Below are positions 27,198 to 42,100 of a stretch of DNA of 64,000 bases, one piece after another. Position 1 is the stretch's first letter; every line of letters begins with the position of its first letter. Below the pieces are notes generated by a model that saw only the letters and a program-made list of their open reading frames with translations, did not search any database and had not been told where the DNA came from. The translations under genes and the position numbers were made by a program. The stretch comes from Antedon mediterranea (lineage: Eukaryota > Animalia > Echinodermata): positions 26,895,175-26,959,174 of the forward strand of contig NC_092677.1 in the NCBI RefSeq assembly GCF_964355755.1, in the 5' to 3' direction.

Positions 27198-30100
27198 ATG
27201 GCGCCAGGCCTACGATATGTAGGCATTTGTTCAATATTTTTAATAACATTTATCACATGTGATGGTATTCGTTATGGTTCAAAAGGAAGAACAATTCACC
27301 AAGCTCCAGTATCTTTCAGAAATTCACTAGGAACTGGCATCTTTAGATTTAAAAGAGATGACGGGAAATTCCAGGCCCAGGCGACTGACGAAACCCTATC
27401 TCGTCGACGACGATCCACGGCAGAAGCAGATGATTCCCCTGTTCTCCCAGAAGTTACAAAGGTATGTTGCATGCACCCTAGCTAGGGATAAATTATGCCT
27501 TGAATAACCGGATTCCTTTCCTCTGTTGTTTTGCTAGGAAAGTAAACATTAATTTTAAGTGGTAACAATCGCAGATCGTGATTATTAATTTACGAAATTA
27601 TATTGTTTTTAAATATATTAAATTAAAAAGAAAAAATTAGGCCCTACCTGGCTAGGCTACAGTATTGTATATGCACAATAAGATAGCCTAACTTATTCCA
27701 AAACAAACTCTAAATTTAACAATCACAAAACAGTTGTAGCCTAGCCTAGGCCTAAATAGAGGTATGGATTAGGCATGACATTGGTTGTTTTTTAAATCAG
27801 TCAACTTTTAATATTTTCTGTTAAATACGGTAGGTCACGACACTAGCATACTCACTAATAATAATATAATGATGAGTAAAGACGATGCAATGGTGAGTAA
27901 AAATGTAACTAAAAAAACAAAAAAGATTATTATTATAGTTTATTCACTATATTTATACATACAGAGCTTCTGCAGCAGTGTTTTATTTTCTTTAGAAACA
28001 GGATGTGAAAAAGTACCTTTGTCCCAGAAGCAGTTGATATTTTATTTCTTTCTGAAACCGCACTCGATAAGATTTAATTAAGTATTTGCTTATTGGGAAA
28101 GCAGACTTAAGTTGACATACAATGATTACATTGTAAAATAAGAGGCATTGCATTCAACATTTGGAGAGTTGATGATACAGCAGACCCGATGAAAACAAGT
28201 TCTTTCTGACGTCACACATGATGAGTTCAAACTTGTTTAGAATGCAGTATAATGTCAGATTTATGAGTACTTTACCTATTTACATAAGCACAATAACAAT
28301 TCTTATGTAAGCACCATGTCTGCCTACATTGTTATCGGATGCAAAAATCACAATCACTTTATTTTTCACTTATACTGTAGATTATACTGTATATTATATT
28401 TTAGGACTGGACCTAGTGTAATTTGGTTTGATCAATCTTTGCGAATTTATTTTGTTGGACAATTTGTTTCATATGTTTAGTATTAGTAGAAGTCAAGATA
28501 ATGTTTAAGTGAAAAATTGATTTATTTATTTTTAAAACTTTATTTATTGAACCAGTTCTATTTCAAATGGAATTTTTAAAAAAACCATTCTTACGTTATT
28601 TTGAAAACTGACTTAAGAAAAACCATTGACTTAAAACAAAGTTATAATAGAGTAATAACATTGCATTATTAACATATACCCCTTTCACACCAAAAGCAAA
28701 ACTCCGGAGACACTCCGGAGACACCCCGGAGTTGACGTCCCGCTGTTTGGTGTGAAAGGTAAAATCAAGCAACTCCGGAGTTTAAAACTGCGGGGTTGAA
28801 CAGCTGAACATTCTCCGGAGAGCAAACTGCGGGGACACCCCGGTGTTTTGGTGTGAAAGGTACCAACATCAAACTCCGGAGTGTTTCGGGTCAAGAGGTC
28901 ATCCTCACACGATCACTCATTGCTTTAGTTTTATTTCAAAATACTTTAAATATTTGTACAAAATATATAGCGGGTTTAAAAAATAATTAGTAGTATCAAT
29001 AAAACATTATATTACTTCTGAGACTTTTGAAAGTAATTATTAAATTAAAAACATTGTTAATTAAAATTATTCTAATGATCGTCGAGGGTGACATTTACAA
29101 TTTTATTTTATAAACCCCGGTGTTGCTAGGTTGGTGTGAAAGGGGTTTCTCGACGTTTCGAATGGTCATAAACCCCGGGGTGTCTCCGGAGACACTCCGG
29201 AGTTTTGGTGTGAAAGGGGTAATAGTGAATAAAGTAGAACTTCATTTTGGGAATCCCTATTCCTGTGTGTGTTTTAAACCTCTTGGTATGATATGGTAAT
29301 AAGCTTAAAAGCTGTTTTGATTGTTCTAAAGCTCTGTCTACACTATCAAACTTTATCTGACAAATAATGTGATGTGCCTATATATGGACATGAAGATGTC
29401 ACATCACTACCATATTTAAGCATATCACTACCATATTTGGGCACATCACACTTTTTTGGTCACATAAAGTTTGATAGTGTAGACAGAGCTTTAGATGTTT
29501 GCTTATATTCTTGTCGAGCCATCCTTACAATGTTATTAAAAGTTATACTGAGAATTTCTAGTGCTTTCTTTCATTGCCATGGATAAAAGGATATACTGTA
29601 GTAGATAACATTGTATTGTGCATTCCATTGTTTACATTGTGAACGTGCTATTAAGTAACCTTAATATAAAAGGATAGGTCATTTTGGATTTAAATGCATT
29701 ACAATGCATAATTTTCATCATAACAAAAAGCTATTTCAGAATAACTGGTTTTTTTTAAAGCTACATTTAAAATAGGCCTACAATAGAAAGTTAATCCTAA
29801 ATTCAAATAGAGTTGAACCTAAGGAGACACCTACAGACCCATGAAAGTGTCTTCTAAATCCATGGTGTCCCCTGAAAGCTCTGTCTGCACTATCAAATAT
29901 GGTAGTGATATGCCTAAATATGGTCATGATATGACATCATCATGTCCATATATAAGCACATTCACATTTTTTTTGTCAGATAGTCCAGACAGAGCTTTAT
30001 TGTAAAAACCTATTTTTTCGTTGTTTGTTTCAGAGGAAAGTGTCCCTTAATAGGAGTATGCTAAAGGATAATAATAATAATAATAATAAGATTTATACAG

Positions 30101-33100
30101 CGCACATATCACCAAAGTGCTCAAGGCGCTTGTGAAAAACCATGAAAACATATAAACCTTAAACCTAAATACAATTGATAAATTTGACAAAAACAAGACC
30201 AATGGATGGAATGGATTCAGTTGTGTATAAATGTGTAAATGTTTGTCTAGACATTTTTTGCTGGTTACCTTATAGCCCAGAGGATTGGTAAAAATTGTTC
30301 TTTTGGACTACTGATATCCAATGCAACATGAAGAGGGTGTAAATGAACCACTTAGCCACTTAATCAAACCATTATTAATAATGGTATCTTCTGACATAGT
30401 GCAATTCAGTATTCTATTTGTCAAGTAAATTTCTTCCTGTTCCCAATTATGATTAATTATATTTTGTTGACAATTTGATTTCAGGTTGATTTGAATGACT
30501 CGCACAACGAATTGATGATTCATTGGGCGGGCGAGAACAGCGACATGATCGTGATTGTTACGCGGCAACAGCAAGCAAGCTACGACTCTACGAGCAATGC
30601 ATATTTCAGCTGGGATTATGGCGCAAAATTTGAAAGTGTTCAGAACAAAATGAATCTGTTTAACAATAGTGCTGCAATCCTAGATAGGTTTTATCATAGC
30701 CCAGCAGATAACCAAAGGGTACAGTATAAACTGCTGGTTGTTTGTGGTGGTGCTTGTTTGTGGTGGTGGTAGTTTGTGGTGGGTGGTAGTTGGTGGGTGG
30801 TAGTTGGTGGTGGTTGTTGTTGGTGGTGGTTGTTGGTGGTGGTGGTTGTTGGTATTGTTTATGGTTAAATGGTTATTTTTGGTAATGACTTTAATGGTTG
30901 ATATAAAGTTTGCGGTACACCACATATATTTATTTCCGAAAAGAACTGTTGAGTTCCTCGACGTTTCGATCAATATACTTTGAGCATCCTCAGGAATGAC
31001 TGTAATGATATGCTAGCAGTGACATTTACTGCCAGTAATTGTATTTGATGGTGGAGAATTACGTTTACCTTGTATACTTTATTATTGAAGTACTAAATAA
31101 TGTTTTTCTTTTCTCTTGTGTCTCCAGTATCTTTTTGCAGATATATTGCACAAGTATATTTTTATCACTGTTGACGGTGGCAAGACATTTGCTAGGCACC
31201 ACTTACAGTTTAGTCCAACTGAGTTAGCCATGCATCAAGAGGATCGCAATTTGGTTCTTGCCATGGATGACAAGGACCCACAGAAAAGGGTAAGATTACA
31301 GGAAGGAGCTTGGTTGATTGAACGCTAGTCGTCATAAATCTCTGTCTACAGTATCAAACTTTATGTGACAAAAACATGTGATCTGCCCATATAGAGACAT
31401 GATGATGTCATATCACTACCATATTTGGGTATATCACTACCATATTTGTTGACATCATACTTTTTTTGTCCAACTAGTTTGATAGGGTAGGCACAGCGTG
31501 CGTCTCACAGTGTTCGCCACTCTCTGCGTTTTTAACAAGTATGTGCATAGTCCCACGTGACAAGTTTCTCTCTGAAATACCTGACTCTTTGACATAATTA
31601 CAGTAGCAGTTAGTTAGAATTTAATTTTGAATTTTTTTTTTCTAGCTTTGGAAATCAGAGAATTTTGGACATTCTTGGACAGTGATGCAATCCAATGTGA
31701 AAAGCTATTGGTGGTTAGTAGCAGTCACTATTAATATACTAGTGTACACATCTCCAGGAATTAGATAAAATAATAGTGTACTGTAAATTAGTGTATTTTA
31801 ATAATGGTCACTATATTAATATATTAGTGTACATTTCCATGCACTGTTTTTTTTAATCCTGTTCGTAATACATTATTTTGTTTCTATTTTAAGGGGTGTG
31901 ACACCATATGACAAAGTGGACACTTTATACGTTGAACGTATTGAGATAGAGGGCGCTGTTAATGTAATAAAAACAGAAGATTATTTTGATAATGATTTTT
32001 TGATCGAGGTAGTTCTGCAAGACGTTGAAGACTTTGAGATCAGAGATAACTACATGTTTGCAACAAAGGTAACGGATTTCATTTATTTATTTTTTAACGT
32101 CTGTTTACACTAGGATGATAAAGGTCTGTTCATACTAGGTTGATAAAGCTCTTTAAGGTCTGTTCATACTAGGATGATAAAGCTCTTTAAGGTCTGTTTA
32201 TACTAGTTTATCCTAGATAATAAAGCTCTTTAAGGTCTGTTTATACTGGGATGATAATGCTCTTTAAGGTCTGTTCATAGTAGGATGATAAATCTCTTTA
32301 AAGGTCTGTTCATACTAGGATGATAAATCTCTTTAAGGTCTGTTGATACTAGGATGATAAATCTCTTTAAAGGTCTGTTCATACTAGGATGATAACGCTC
32401 TTTAAGGTCTGTTCATACTAGGATGATAAAGCTCTTTAAGGTCTATTTATACTAGTATAATAAAGCTCTTTAAGGTCTGTTCATACTAGGATGATAAAGA
32501 ACAATGATGAAGTAGAACAAATGTATATTCATTTACCAGGAGGATAATTTAATTATTATAACTATCTTAATACGCCAGACGAGTAATCTAGAGGTTGTGG
32601 GTTTAAGCCCCACTAGATAATTTTGTGCAAGTATTTGTACAACTACATCCGAGTAGGGCAAACATCTGACCAATTATTTATTTACCGTCATTCTTTATTG
32701 TCCTAAAATGTGCAGCTTTTCAACACAGACTGCTCCCAGTTAATGTTATTTGGTGGTTTTCATTCATTTATATTTGGGTAGAATTTTGTTATTCAAAAAT
32801 ATCTGTTATCATGATTTTCATTAATTTTTGTAATTTAATCAATATTCTATAGGCTATTATTTCCACTCATTCATAGAATATTCAGAAATGTCATAATTAA
32901 TTTGTTTTATAATACAAATTTGTACAACCTTTGTCGCCAATATTGTTTACATAATTTATATACTTTTGTTTATATTCTTGGTAATAATCTGCACTATAAT
33001 ATTAATAACAATAATTACTATTACATTATGCATGATTTGTGATGCTTGTGAAACAATGAGTCACGCATCACTGAGTTTTCCAATATTCATATTTGTTGTT

Positions 33101-36100
33101 TACCTTGCTGTTGTGTACTTATGCATTATGGGTATTTTTTACTGTATTGATTAACAATAACCAAATTCACCCAACAAAATTACTACAGGACATTTGTCAT
33201 ATTCGATTGGGACTTTTACTGTTGAGTATAGTTTTTCCGTTGAGTACTTATATAACGAAGTATTTTGAGCGATGAGATTGTTCTTAACAAAACAGCTTGT
33301 ATTGTTAACATGTTCTATTTAAATTGAATGAGTTTCTGTTGAGCACAATCCGTTTACAATTTACCATTCGAATACAAAAAGTATCTTTATGTTATAACGG
33401 AATTTCCCAAGCGAATATGACAACTGAGAAAAATGCATGAAAAAAAACCAGATGTTAATTATAAGTTATGACTAGCCATATTTTTAAATGAATATTATAA
33501 TGTAGCACAAGACTTAGTATTTCCTTAATCTATATAACATAAGAATGTTTTGTAAACAAACTCATTTCCTGGTTCAACGAACTTTAACCATTGACATCAA
33601 GACATTTGACCTTTTTTTATTGTTAATAATCATAAAAATATGAGTGTCCTCATATCCATTATTGTACATAAACCCATTTTAAATATCAATGACACTGTAA
33701 AATCCTGAAATAAGTACTTTTAATATTTTATATCATGCAAGTAAATTACTTTACATTGTATTTTTCTGAGGAGAATACCCTCTTTTTACAAGTATATTTC
33801 AGAAGAATAATTTTGAATAGTGAAAATCAGTCTGTCTGTTAAAGTTTTCAAATGTCTATTCCTATTTTAATCCTATTTTAATCCTATTTTAATCCTATTT
33901 TAATCCTAGTTTAATCTTATTTTAATCCTATTTTAATCATATTTTAATCATATTTTAATCCTATTTTAGTCCTATTTTAATCATATTTTAATCATATTTT
34001 AATTCAATTTTTTGTTGCTTTGTATTTTTTAGTTTGAATTTTGATATTCTGAAATAAAGAATCAAGAATAGAAAATAGAATATATCCCTTTAGCTTTCCA
34101 TCCAGTGTTATTGTTAAGGCAGAGACTTTATTGAAAGACTATTTTCATTCTGGTCTGCTAAAATATCTGAGTTTAAGCTTTTAAGCTTTCTTAGATCAAT
34201 GGATACTGAAATCCTTTATCTTACCCAAACCTCTACCATCTATCAAAGCATGAAGCTATAGTTGACCAAAGATTTAGCTATAAAAACGTAGCTATATTCA
34301 AGAAAGATTCTGCACAGCAGGAGGATGATTAAGCATGTATTTATGGGTGGTGATTTTATACCAGGATGTTGTATAAAAAAAGCTTTTCAGTGTGATTGCT
34401 CTATTAGATATACTGCGTGACAGTACTATTGCACGCCATGTGACCTACAATTGTCCAATCAAATGACAGGCATTTATTTAGGTGTTATATAAAAATGTAT
34501 ATTATTGGACTAAAAAAACTATTAGCATCCTGTTACACAGAATTCATAGTTCAGAATTGGCAAAGAACATAACACAACAGTATTGTTAAACAGTGTGTTG
34601 TGTACTTACCTTTGTGTGATCACCAGACCGTGATTTGAGATAAGCCTTTGGAATCGTAAAATAACATTCAATATTTTAGTTGTTATATGAATAAAGTAAT
34701 GAAAATGATTATTGTTATCTTCTCAGACCTTTTTTTTTTGTTGGTTCCTTTTCACATATTGTACTGTATGTTCTAGATATGTGAATCAAGTTGAATATTA
34801 TGTATCTATTTCCTTTAATTTTTGAAATATAATAATTTTTTTCATAAATTTCCGTCTGTTAAATTCCATTATAACCAATATTAAGTGTTTTGGATGAGGT
34901 TTACCATAGGTTAAGCTTGGTTCCCATTAGAACATAATGCAAGGACGTAAGCCACTATGCAAGCGAATTGACCATTCCAGGTAATGGATTATTCGAACCG
35001 TTCCTTGTGATTGGTCAATACGTTTGCATTGCGGCTTGCGTTGCGTTCTCGTAGAAACTACTCTTTAGTGCAGTTTAGCAATTACTATTATATAATCGAC
35101 GTTATTTACTTTTTTTTCAGAAAGCTGCGTCCGCTTCAGATTCTGACTTGGAGCTGTGGGTATCTCATCAACGACAACCATTCACAAAAGCAACATTCCC
35201 AACAACAAAGTCACTGAAGGTGAGAATCATTGTTAAAGCTCTGTCCACACTATCAAACTATGTGACAAAAAATGTAATGTGCCTGTATATGGACATGATG
35301 ATGTCATATCACTACCATATTTCAGCATATCACCACCATATTTGAGCACTTTTTTTGTCAAACTAGTTTGATAGTGTAGACAGAGCTTAACACTAAATTC
35401 ACAATGAACCTGGATTATGATCCTGTGGTGAGATAATGAATTGTGGAAAATAAGTGTAGCTTCAGTAGTTTAGTAATCCCTTATCTGTGAAGAGCATCTT
35501 GTGTACCTGTTTGTCTTGTGAACGGGATTGCCATCTTTAAGAAGGATAGTGAATGAATCCGCTTATGGTTATCCTTGGCATTTTGCCTAAATATATTTAA
35601 TAATAATAATAATAAGATTTATAGAGCGCACATATCCACAAAGTGCTCAAGGCGCTTGTAAAAACCATGAGAAAAATGCAACCATGAAACTAAAAACAAC
35701 AAAAAATGTTGCAAAAAGAAAAAAAAACGGAAAAAAGGAGACCGATATTTAAATACAACGTTTGATTTTTGCAGAACTTCTACATAGCTGATGCATCAGA
35801 AGACCAGGTGTTTGTGTGTGTGAACCATGACAACTATGAGACAAACTTGTATATATCTGAGTACAAAGGAACACAATTCTCATTGTCTCTTGTCAATATT
35901 GTCTTCTACAGTCCTGAAGGCCCTGGCAAAGATACTTGGTTAGAGTAAGTATTCTTGTTTTATTTTATATTGTATGTTACAGAGGTTTTGGAGACACATT
36001 GCTTTCGTCTGTTGTAACACTTAATGGCACGCTTTACATGCGTTAAAACGTTCATGTATTCTTTTTTTAACATTTATAATGTTGTCAAATATGTTTTGGT

Positions 36101-39100
36101 TTGTGTTTAGACGATACGCTGATGAAGAATTTGCTGAGATTCACCCAGTGGCCGATCTTCGAGGAATCTATGTTGCGAATGTGTTTATCGACCCTTCTAA
36201 GGGGTTCCATGAATCCAATATGGCGTCCGTTATTTCATTTGATAAGGGCGGTCAGTGGGGTAACTTAAGCACCCCTACAGAAGATAGTTTTGGCAACAAG
36301 TACAACTGTCCACAGGTATTTTATTTATTGTTATACAATCGAACCCAATCCGTTCTGACACCTCTATTAAGGGGACACTTCTCCATGAAATAAACGATGG
36401 GTTATATTGAGTATTGACACCACAGACAACCCCTTTGTGAGACCTATATTAAGGGGACACTTTTCCATGAAATAAACGATGGGTTATATTGAGTATTGAC
36501 ACCACAGACAACCCCTTTGTGAGACCTATATTAAGGGGACACTTCTCCATGAAATAAACGATGGGTTATATTGAGTATTGACACCACAGACAACCCCTTT
36601 GTGAGACCTATATTAAGGGGACACTTTTCCATGAAATAAACGATGGGTTATATTGAGTATTGACACCACAGACAACCCCTTTGTGAGACCTATATTAAGG
36701 GGACACTTTTCCATGAAATAAACGATGGGTTATATTGAGTATTGACACCACAGACAACCCCTTTGTGAGACCTATATTAAGGGGACACTTTTCCATGAAA
36801 TAAACGATGGGTTATATTGAGTATTGACACTACAGACAACCCCTTTGTGAGACCTATATTAAGGGGACACTTTTCCATGAAATAAACGATGGGTTATATT
36901 GAGTATTGACACTACAGACAACCCCTTTGTGAGACCTATATTAAGGGGACACTTTTCTATGAAATAAACGATGGGTTATATTGAGTATTGATACCACAGA
37001 CAACCCCTTTGTGAGACCTATATTAGGGGGACACTTTTCTGTGAAATAAACGATGGGTTATATTGAGTATTGACACTACAGACAACCCCTTTGTGAGACC
37101 TATATTAAAGGGACACTTTTCTGTGAAATGAACGAGGGGTAATATTGAGTATTGACACTACAGACAACCCCTCTTTGTGGGACAACCCTATGAAGAGGAA
37201 CTTTGGAAGGTGTCCCTTTCTTAGGGGTGGGGGGTGTAGCTACTCTTTTTCATTTTCAGAAACTATCTTGATGGATCGAAACAACAGAACATGTCTACAT
37301 AGCTAATTTGGTTTCTTTTTATAATGTCGAAATACTGCAATACTAAATTATTTCCTTGGTTTTGAATTAGTTACAAAAGCAAAACATGATTTGATAACTC
37401 ATAATATGTGGCTATTAAAAGTTCTTGTAAAACAAAATCACCAATTGTTTTTTTATCAGGATATCAGTTTCATATGTTTGAACTTTGAGTATGTACTTAT
37501 TATACCAATCCCATTATAACATTAGTTATCATCAGCTTTGTCTACACTATCAAACTAGTTTGACAAAAAAAGTGTGATGTGCCTAAATATGGTAGTGATA
37601 TGCCCAAATATGGTAGTGATATGACATCATCATGTCCATATATGAGCACATCACATTTTTTTGGTCACATAAATTTTGATAGTGTAGACAAGGCTTAAGC
37701 ACCTTTTCCATATATCATATTGACATAAAAAATAAAATTAAACTTTTCTTCATTAATAGTAATACACTTATTAACTTATTTTCTAAACTATATAACTTAT
37801 ATTCGTTGGTTTGATCTTGCAGGGACGTGGGTGTTACCTGCATTTAGCAATGAGATACACACAGACGTACCCTGGTAATCGTATTCAACCAATCCTATCA
37901 AAGACTTCAGCACCTGGTATGATAATGGCTACAGGTGGTGTTGGAGACACCTTGAATTCATCCAACATCTTTATATCGTCATCAGCAGGCGCTGATTGGC
38001 ATGAGGTAAATGAATACATTTTGTGTATGCAACAAAAAAAAACAAAGATTATATTCTGATTTCCAACAAAGTAAAAAGTCTACACCATCAAACTTTATGT
38101 GAAATCAATGTGATGTGCCCATATATGGACATGATGATATGTCATATCACTATCATATTTTGGCACATCACAGTTCTTTTGTCAAACTAGTTTGATAGTG
38201 TAAACAGAGCTTTATCCAATGATTGATGAAATCATTAATTCTCTTATTTCATTCTGACAGGTATTGAAAGGTTTTCATTTTTTCTCGTTTGGTGATCATG
38301 GTGGCGTTCTTGGAGCTGTTCCTCAAGATCCTAAGACCAACCAGTTTAAGTAAGTGCTTCCTGTAAATCTTAGTCTTGGTAGCTATCCTGGTTCACACAA
38401 TTTACAATAGATAATAACAAGTTGTGCCTTAAATATCTTAAGAATATCCCAATAGACCTACTTTTAACATTTTATATGTAAAATATTTGTATTCTCTGTG
38501 TGGTCAACATGTTTGCTTATCAATAACATAATTCTAAAGCTCTGTCTATACTATCAAACTAGTTAGACAAACAGTGTGATGTGATGAAATATGGTAGTGA
38601 TATTCCCAAATATAGTAGTGATATGACATCATCATGTCCATATTTAGGTACAACACATTTTTTGTCACATAAAGTTTGATAGTGTAAACAAAACTAAAGT
38701 TTAAGGAACCCTTCAATTGGTCATATTGGATAAGTTAACGTAATAATATTAATACTCTGTTAAGGTACTCACTGAACGAAGGAGAGACGTGGAAAGTAGA
38801 TCGATTCTCCGATAACAAGATCACCGTTTATGGAATGGTGACAGAACCCGGGGAGAAGAGGGCGGTATTCACAGTGTTTGGCTCCGAACAACAAGGTCAT
38901 AGTTGGCTGATTGTGCAAGTCAATGTGACTATGAAGTTAGGTAAGAATCTTTGAAATCTGTTGTCATTAATGATATTATTATTTTCTCAACCCATACATA
39001 CAAAAATGATGACTTCTGTTTTAAATACAGGTGTCGTAACATTAGACCACCTGGACTATGTTTAACCATCTGTGTAATATCATGGTGTACTTCAATTGAA

Positions 39101-42100
39101 AATAACCCAAACACACACAGCATTGGACACACACATATTATATATTTTTTCTGGAGAAATCCTATGTGGGGGAATTTTACAGGTATGCACTCTCAGAGTG
39201 TTGTTCTAGTTATTAATGGTTTTGTACATAATTTCTATCATCATTTATATCAATTCATATTTGATTTGCTAGGCCCAGCTTGCCAAGATGAAGACTATAA
39301 GGAATGGAGCCCAGGGGATGAGTTTGAAGATCTTCACTGTTTGCTAGGCCGAAAAACAACATACAAGAGACGTCTAGCTCACTCCACTTGTTACAATGGC
39401 AGAAATTATGATCGACCAATCACGTCACAGAATTGCTCTTGTACTCGTGATGACTATGAATGGTATGTTAGTAATAGAGGGTGCTATTGTCTAAATTGTT
39501 TAAACCTCTATCAAACTAGTTTGACAAAAAAGTATGATGTGCCCAAAATATGGTGGTGATATGCCTAAATATGGTAGTGATAAGCCTAAATATGGTAGTG
39601 ATATGCCTAAATATGGTAGTGATATGCCTAAATATGGTGGTGATATGCCTAAATATGGTAGTGATATGCCTAAATATGGTAGTGATATGCCTAAATATGG
39701 TAGTGATATGCCTAAATATGGTGGTGATATGCCTAAATATGGTAGTGATATGCCTAAATATGGTAGTGATATGCCTAAATATGGTGGTGATATGCCTAAA
39801 TATGGTGGTGATATGCCTAAATATGGTAGTGATATGCTTAAATATGGTAGTGATATGCCTAAATATGGTAGTGATATGCCTAAATATGATGGTGGTATGC
39901 CTAAATATGGTGGTGATATGCCTAAATATGGTGGTGATATGCCTAAATATGGTAGTGATATGCCTAAATATGGTAGTGATATGCCTAAATATGGTAGTGA
40001 TATGCCTAAATATGATGGTGGTATGCCTAAATATGGTGGTGATATGCCTAAATATGGTGGTGATATGCCTAAATATGGTAGTGATATGCCTAAATATGGT
40101 AGTGATATGCCTAAATATGGTAGTGATATGCCTAAATATGGTAGTGATATGTCCATATATGGGCACATCACATTTTTTTGTCACATAAAGTTTGATAGTG
40201 TAGACAAAGCTTCAGACTAATGTTTCTTCTTTCTATACTATTATGTAATTCATAACATATTTTATCTAACATATAAACTATTACATTTTTGTTTTCAGTG
40301 ATGCAGGCTATAGAGAACATGAGTATTGGGATGGACTGAGTCACTGTGACTATGACCCCTCTAGTGGAATTGACCCTGCTCAACTACCCGTACCCTGTCC
40401 AGAAGGCACAACATATTATCGAACTAGAGGGTAAGACCTAGTTTAGTATTTGTATTTTATGTAGTTGACTTCATTGGTCAAAAGTTGTAGCTTGTTGGTT
40501 AACGTGCTTGCCTTCCAATCTCAAGGTTCAGGGTTCAATCCTGTCTTAGTGCTCGTGTTGTAACTCACGACTCTTTTAACTCCACTCCCTAAGCCTCAAA
40601 TGAGACTTAGTTTATAAGCATGAGAAATTATAAAATAGTTTATCCATCCTGTAATTGCCGAGTTTGTGCTTGTGTGGGGAAAAAAAACATTTTTTTAAAA
40701 CAGTTTTCCTTCACCAACGTTCACCAAGTAAGCTACAATGATCATAATGAACATTAGTCTTCATTAGAGAGAAAAGTACAGATCAGTGTTGTTGGGGCTC
40801 TCTAGAATACATTACCCTGGTCATTTTTTGGATCAACATGTTCAGGATGGAGTTGTGGCTTGGTGGTTTAGATGCTTGGCTACTAATCCTAGGTTCAAAT
40901 CCAGTCATATAACAAGGTTTTTTTCTCATGACTGAACAACTGCACTCCCAAAGACTTGTAATAAGACTTTGTTTAGGTAGAGCATCTTGTGTATATGTTT
41001 GTCTTGTGAACAGGATTGCCACCTTTAAGAAGATAGTGAATGAATTCGCTTATGGTTATCCTTGATAATTTGCCTAAATATATAAAAACAAAAACAGGAT
41101 TTGAGGTTGGAATCATGAATTCTAACATTCAGAAAACTTGCCTGTCTGAAGTTGAAGAAATACATGTTTACTATACGGACAGACATAACATTTGCTATGT
41201 GTTTGTGTTTAGCTATCGTCGGGTAGAAGGAGATACATGCACTGGAGGTGAAGACTACCAGTATGACCCAATCCCAAGCTTGTGTCCTGTGGCAGGTAAG
41301 TGTCTAAGCCCTGTCTACACTATCAAACTTTATGTGACAAAAAAAATGTGATGTGCCCATGGAAACGATCATATTACAATTTGGGCATATCACTACCATA
41401 TTTGGCCACATCACACTTTTTTTGTCAAAGTAGTTTGATAGTGTAGACAGAACTTAAATAGTATTAGCAATAACGCTAAATACCAATCTGTGATTTAGAT
41501 AAGGGCTTCAGTTGACCAGGATCAAATGATGTTATTTTGATAAGTGCGTAGTAGCAATTGATCACTACAGTATTTGTTTAATCATTAGATATTTTGTCAA
41601 TCAATTCTCGCACATCTTCTCAGATAGATTTGTTAAATGAATTTAAATGTTAACCACTTATGATGGTCATTTATGATGGTCACTTATGATGGTCATTTAT
41701 GATGGTCACTTATGATGGTCATTTATGATGGTCACTTATGATGGTCATTTTTTTTCTTGAGACATATTTAATATATGTTATAATTTTCCTTCTAGAAAAG
41801 CAAGAGTTTATTTTATATGCGATGCGTACATCAATCAACCGGTATCTATTCAACACTCAGGAAGACAAAGTGTTAATTAGCGATCTGGAGAATGCTATTG
41901 CGATTGACTTTGATTATGATGATAACTGCGTCTTCTGGGCTGACATAGCAACAGATCAAATTATAGTAAACACCATTTTTTAACGTACAGTGGATTTTAA
42001 AGCTTTAAAAAATGTGATGTGCTCATATATGGACACGATGAGGTCATATCACTACCACATTTAAGAATATCACTACCATATTTGGGCACATCACACTTTT

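Noticed and set aside
36359-37185. CRISPR-like appearance of regular arrays (also 49582-50246, 59870-60298, 61350-62960)
   Set aside because: No unique spacers, no cas genes, eukaryotic intron context; these are tandem repeats.
39500-40220. Four ~220-aa repetitive ORFs (DMPKYGS etc.)
   Set aside because: 21-bp satellite inside a MITE within a SORL1 intron.
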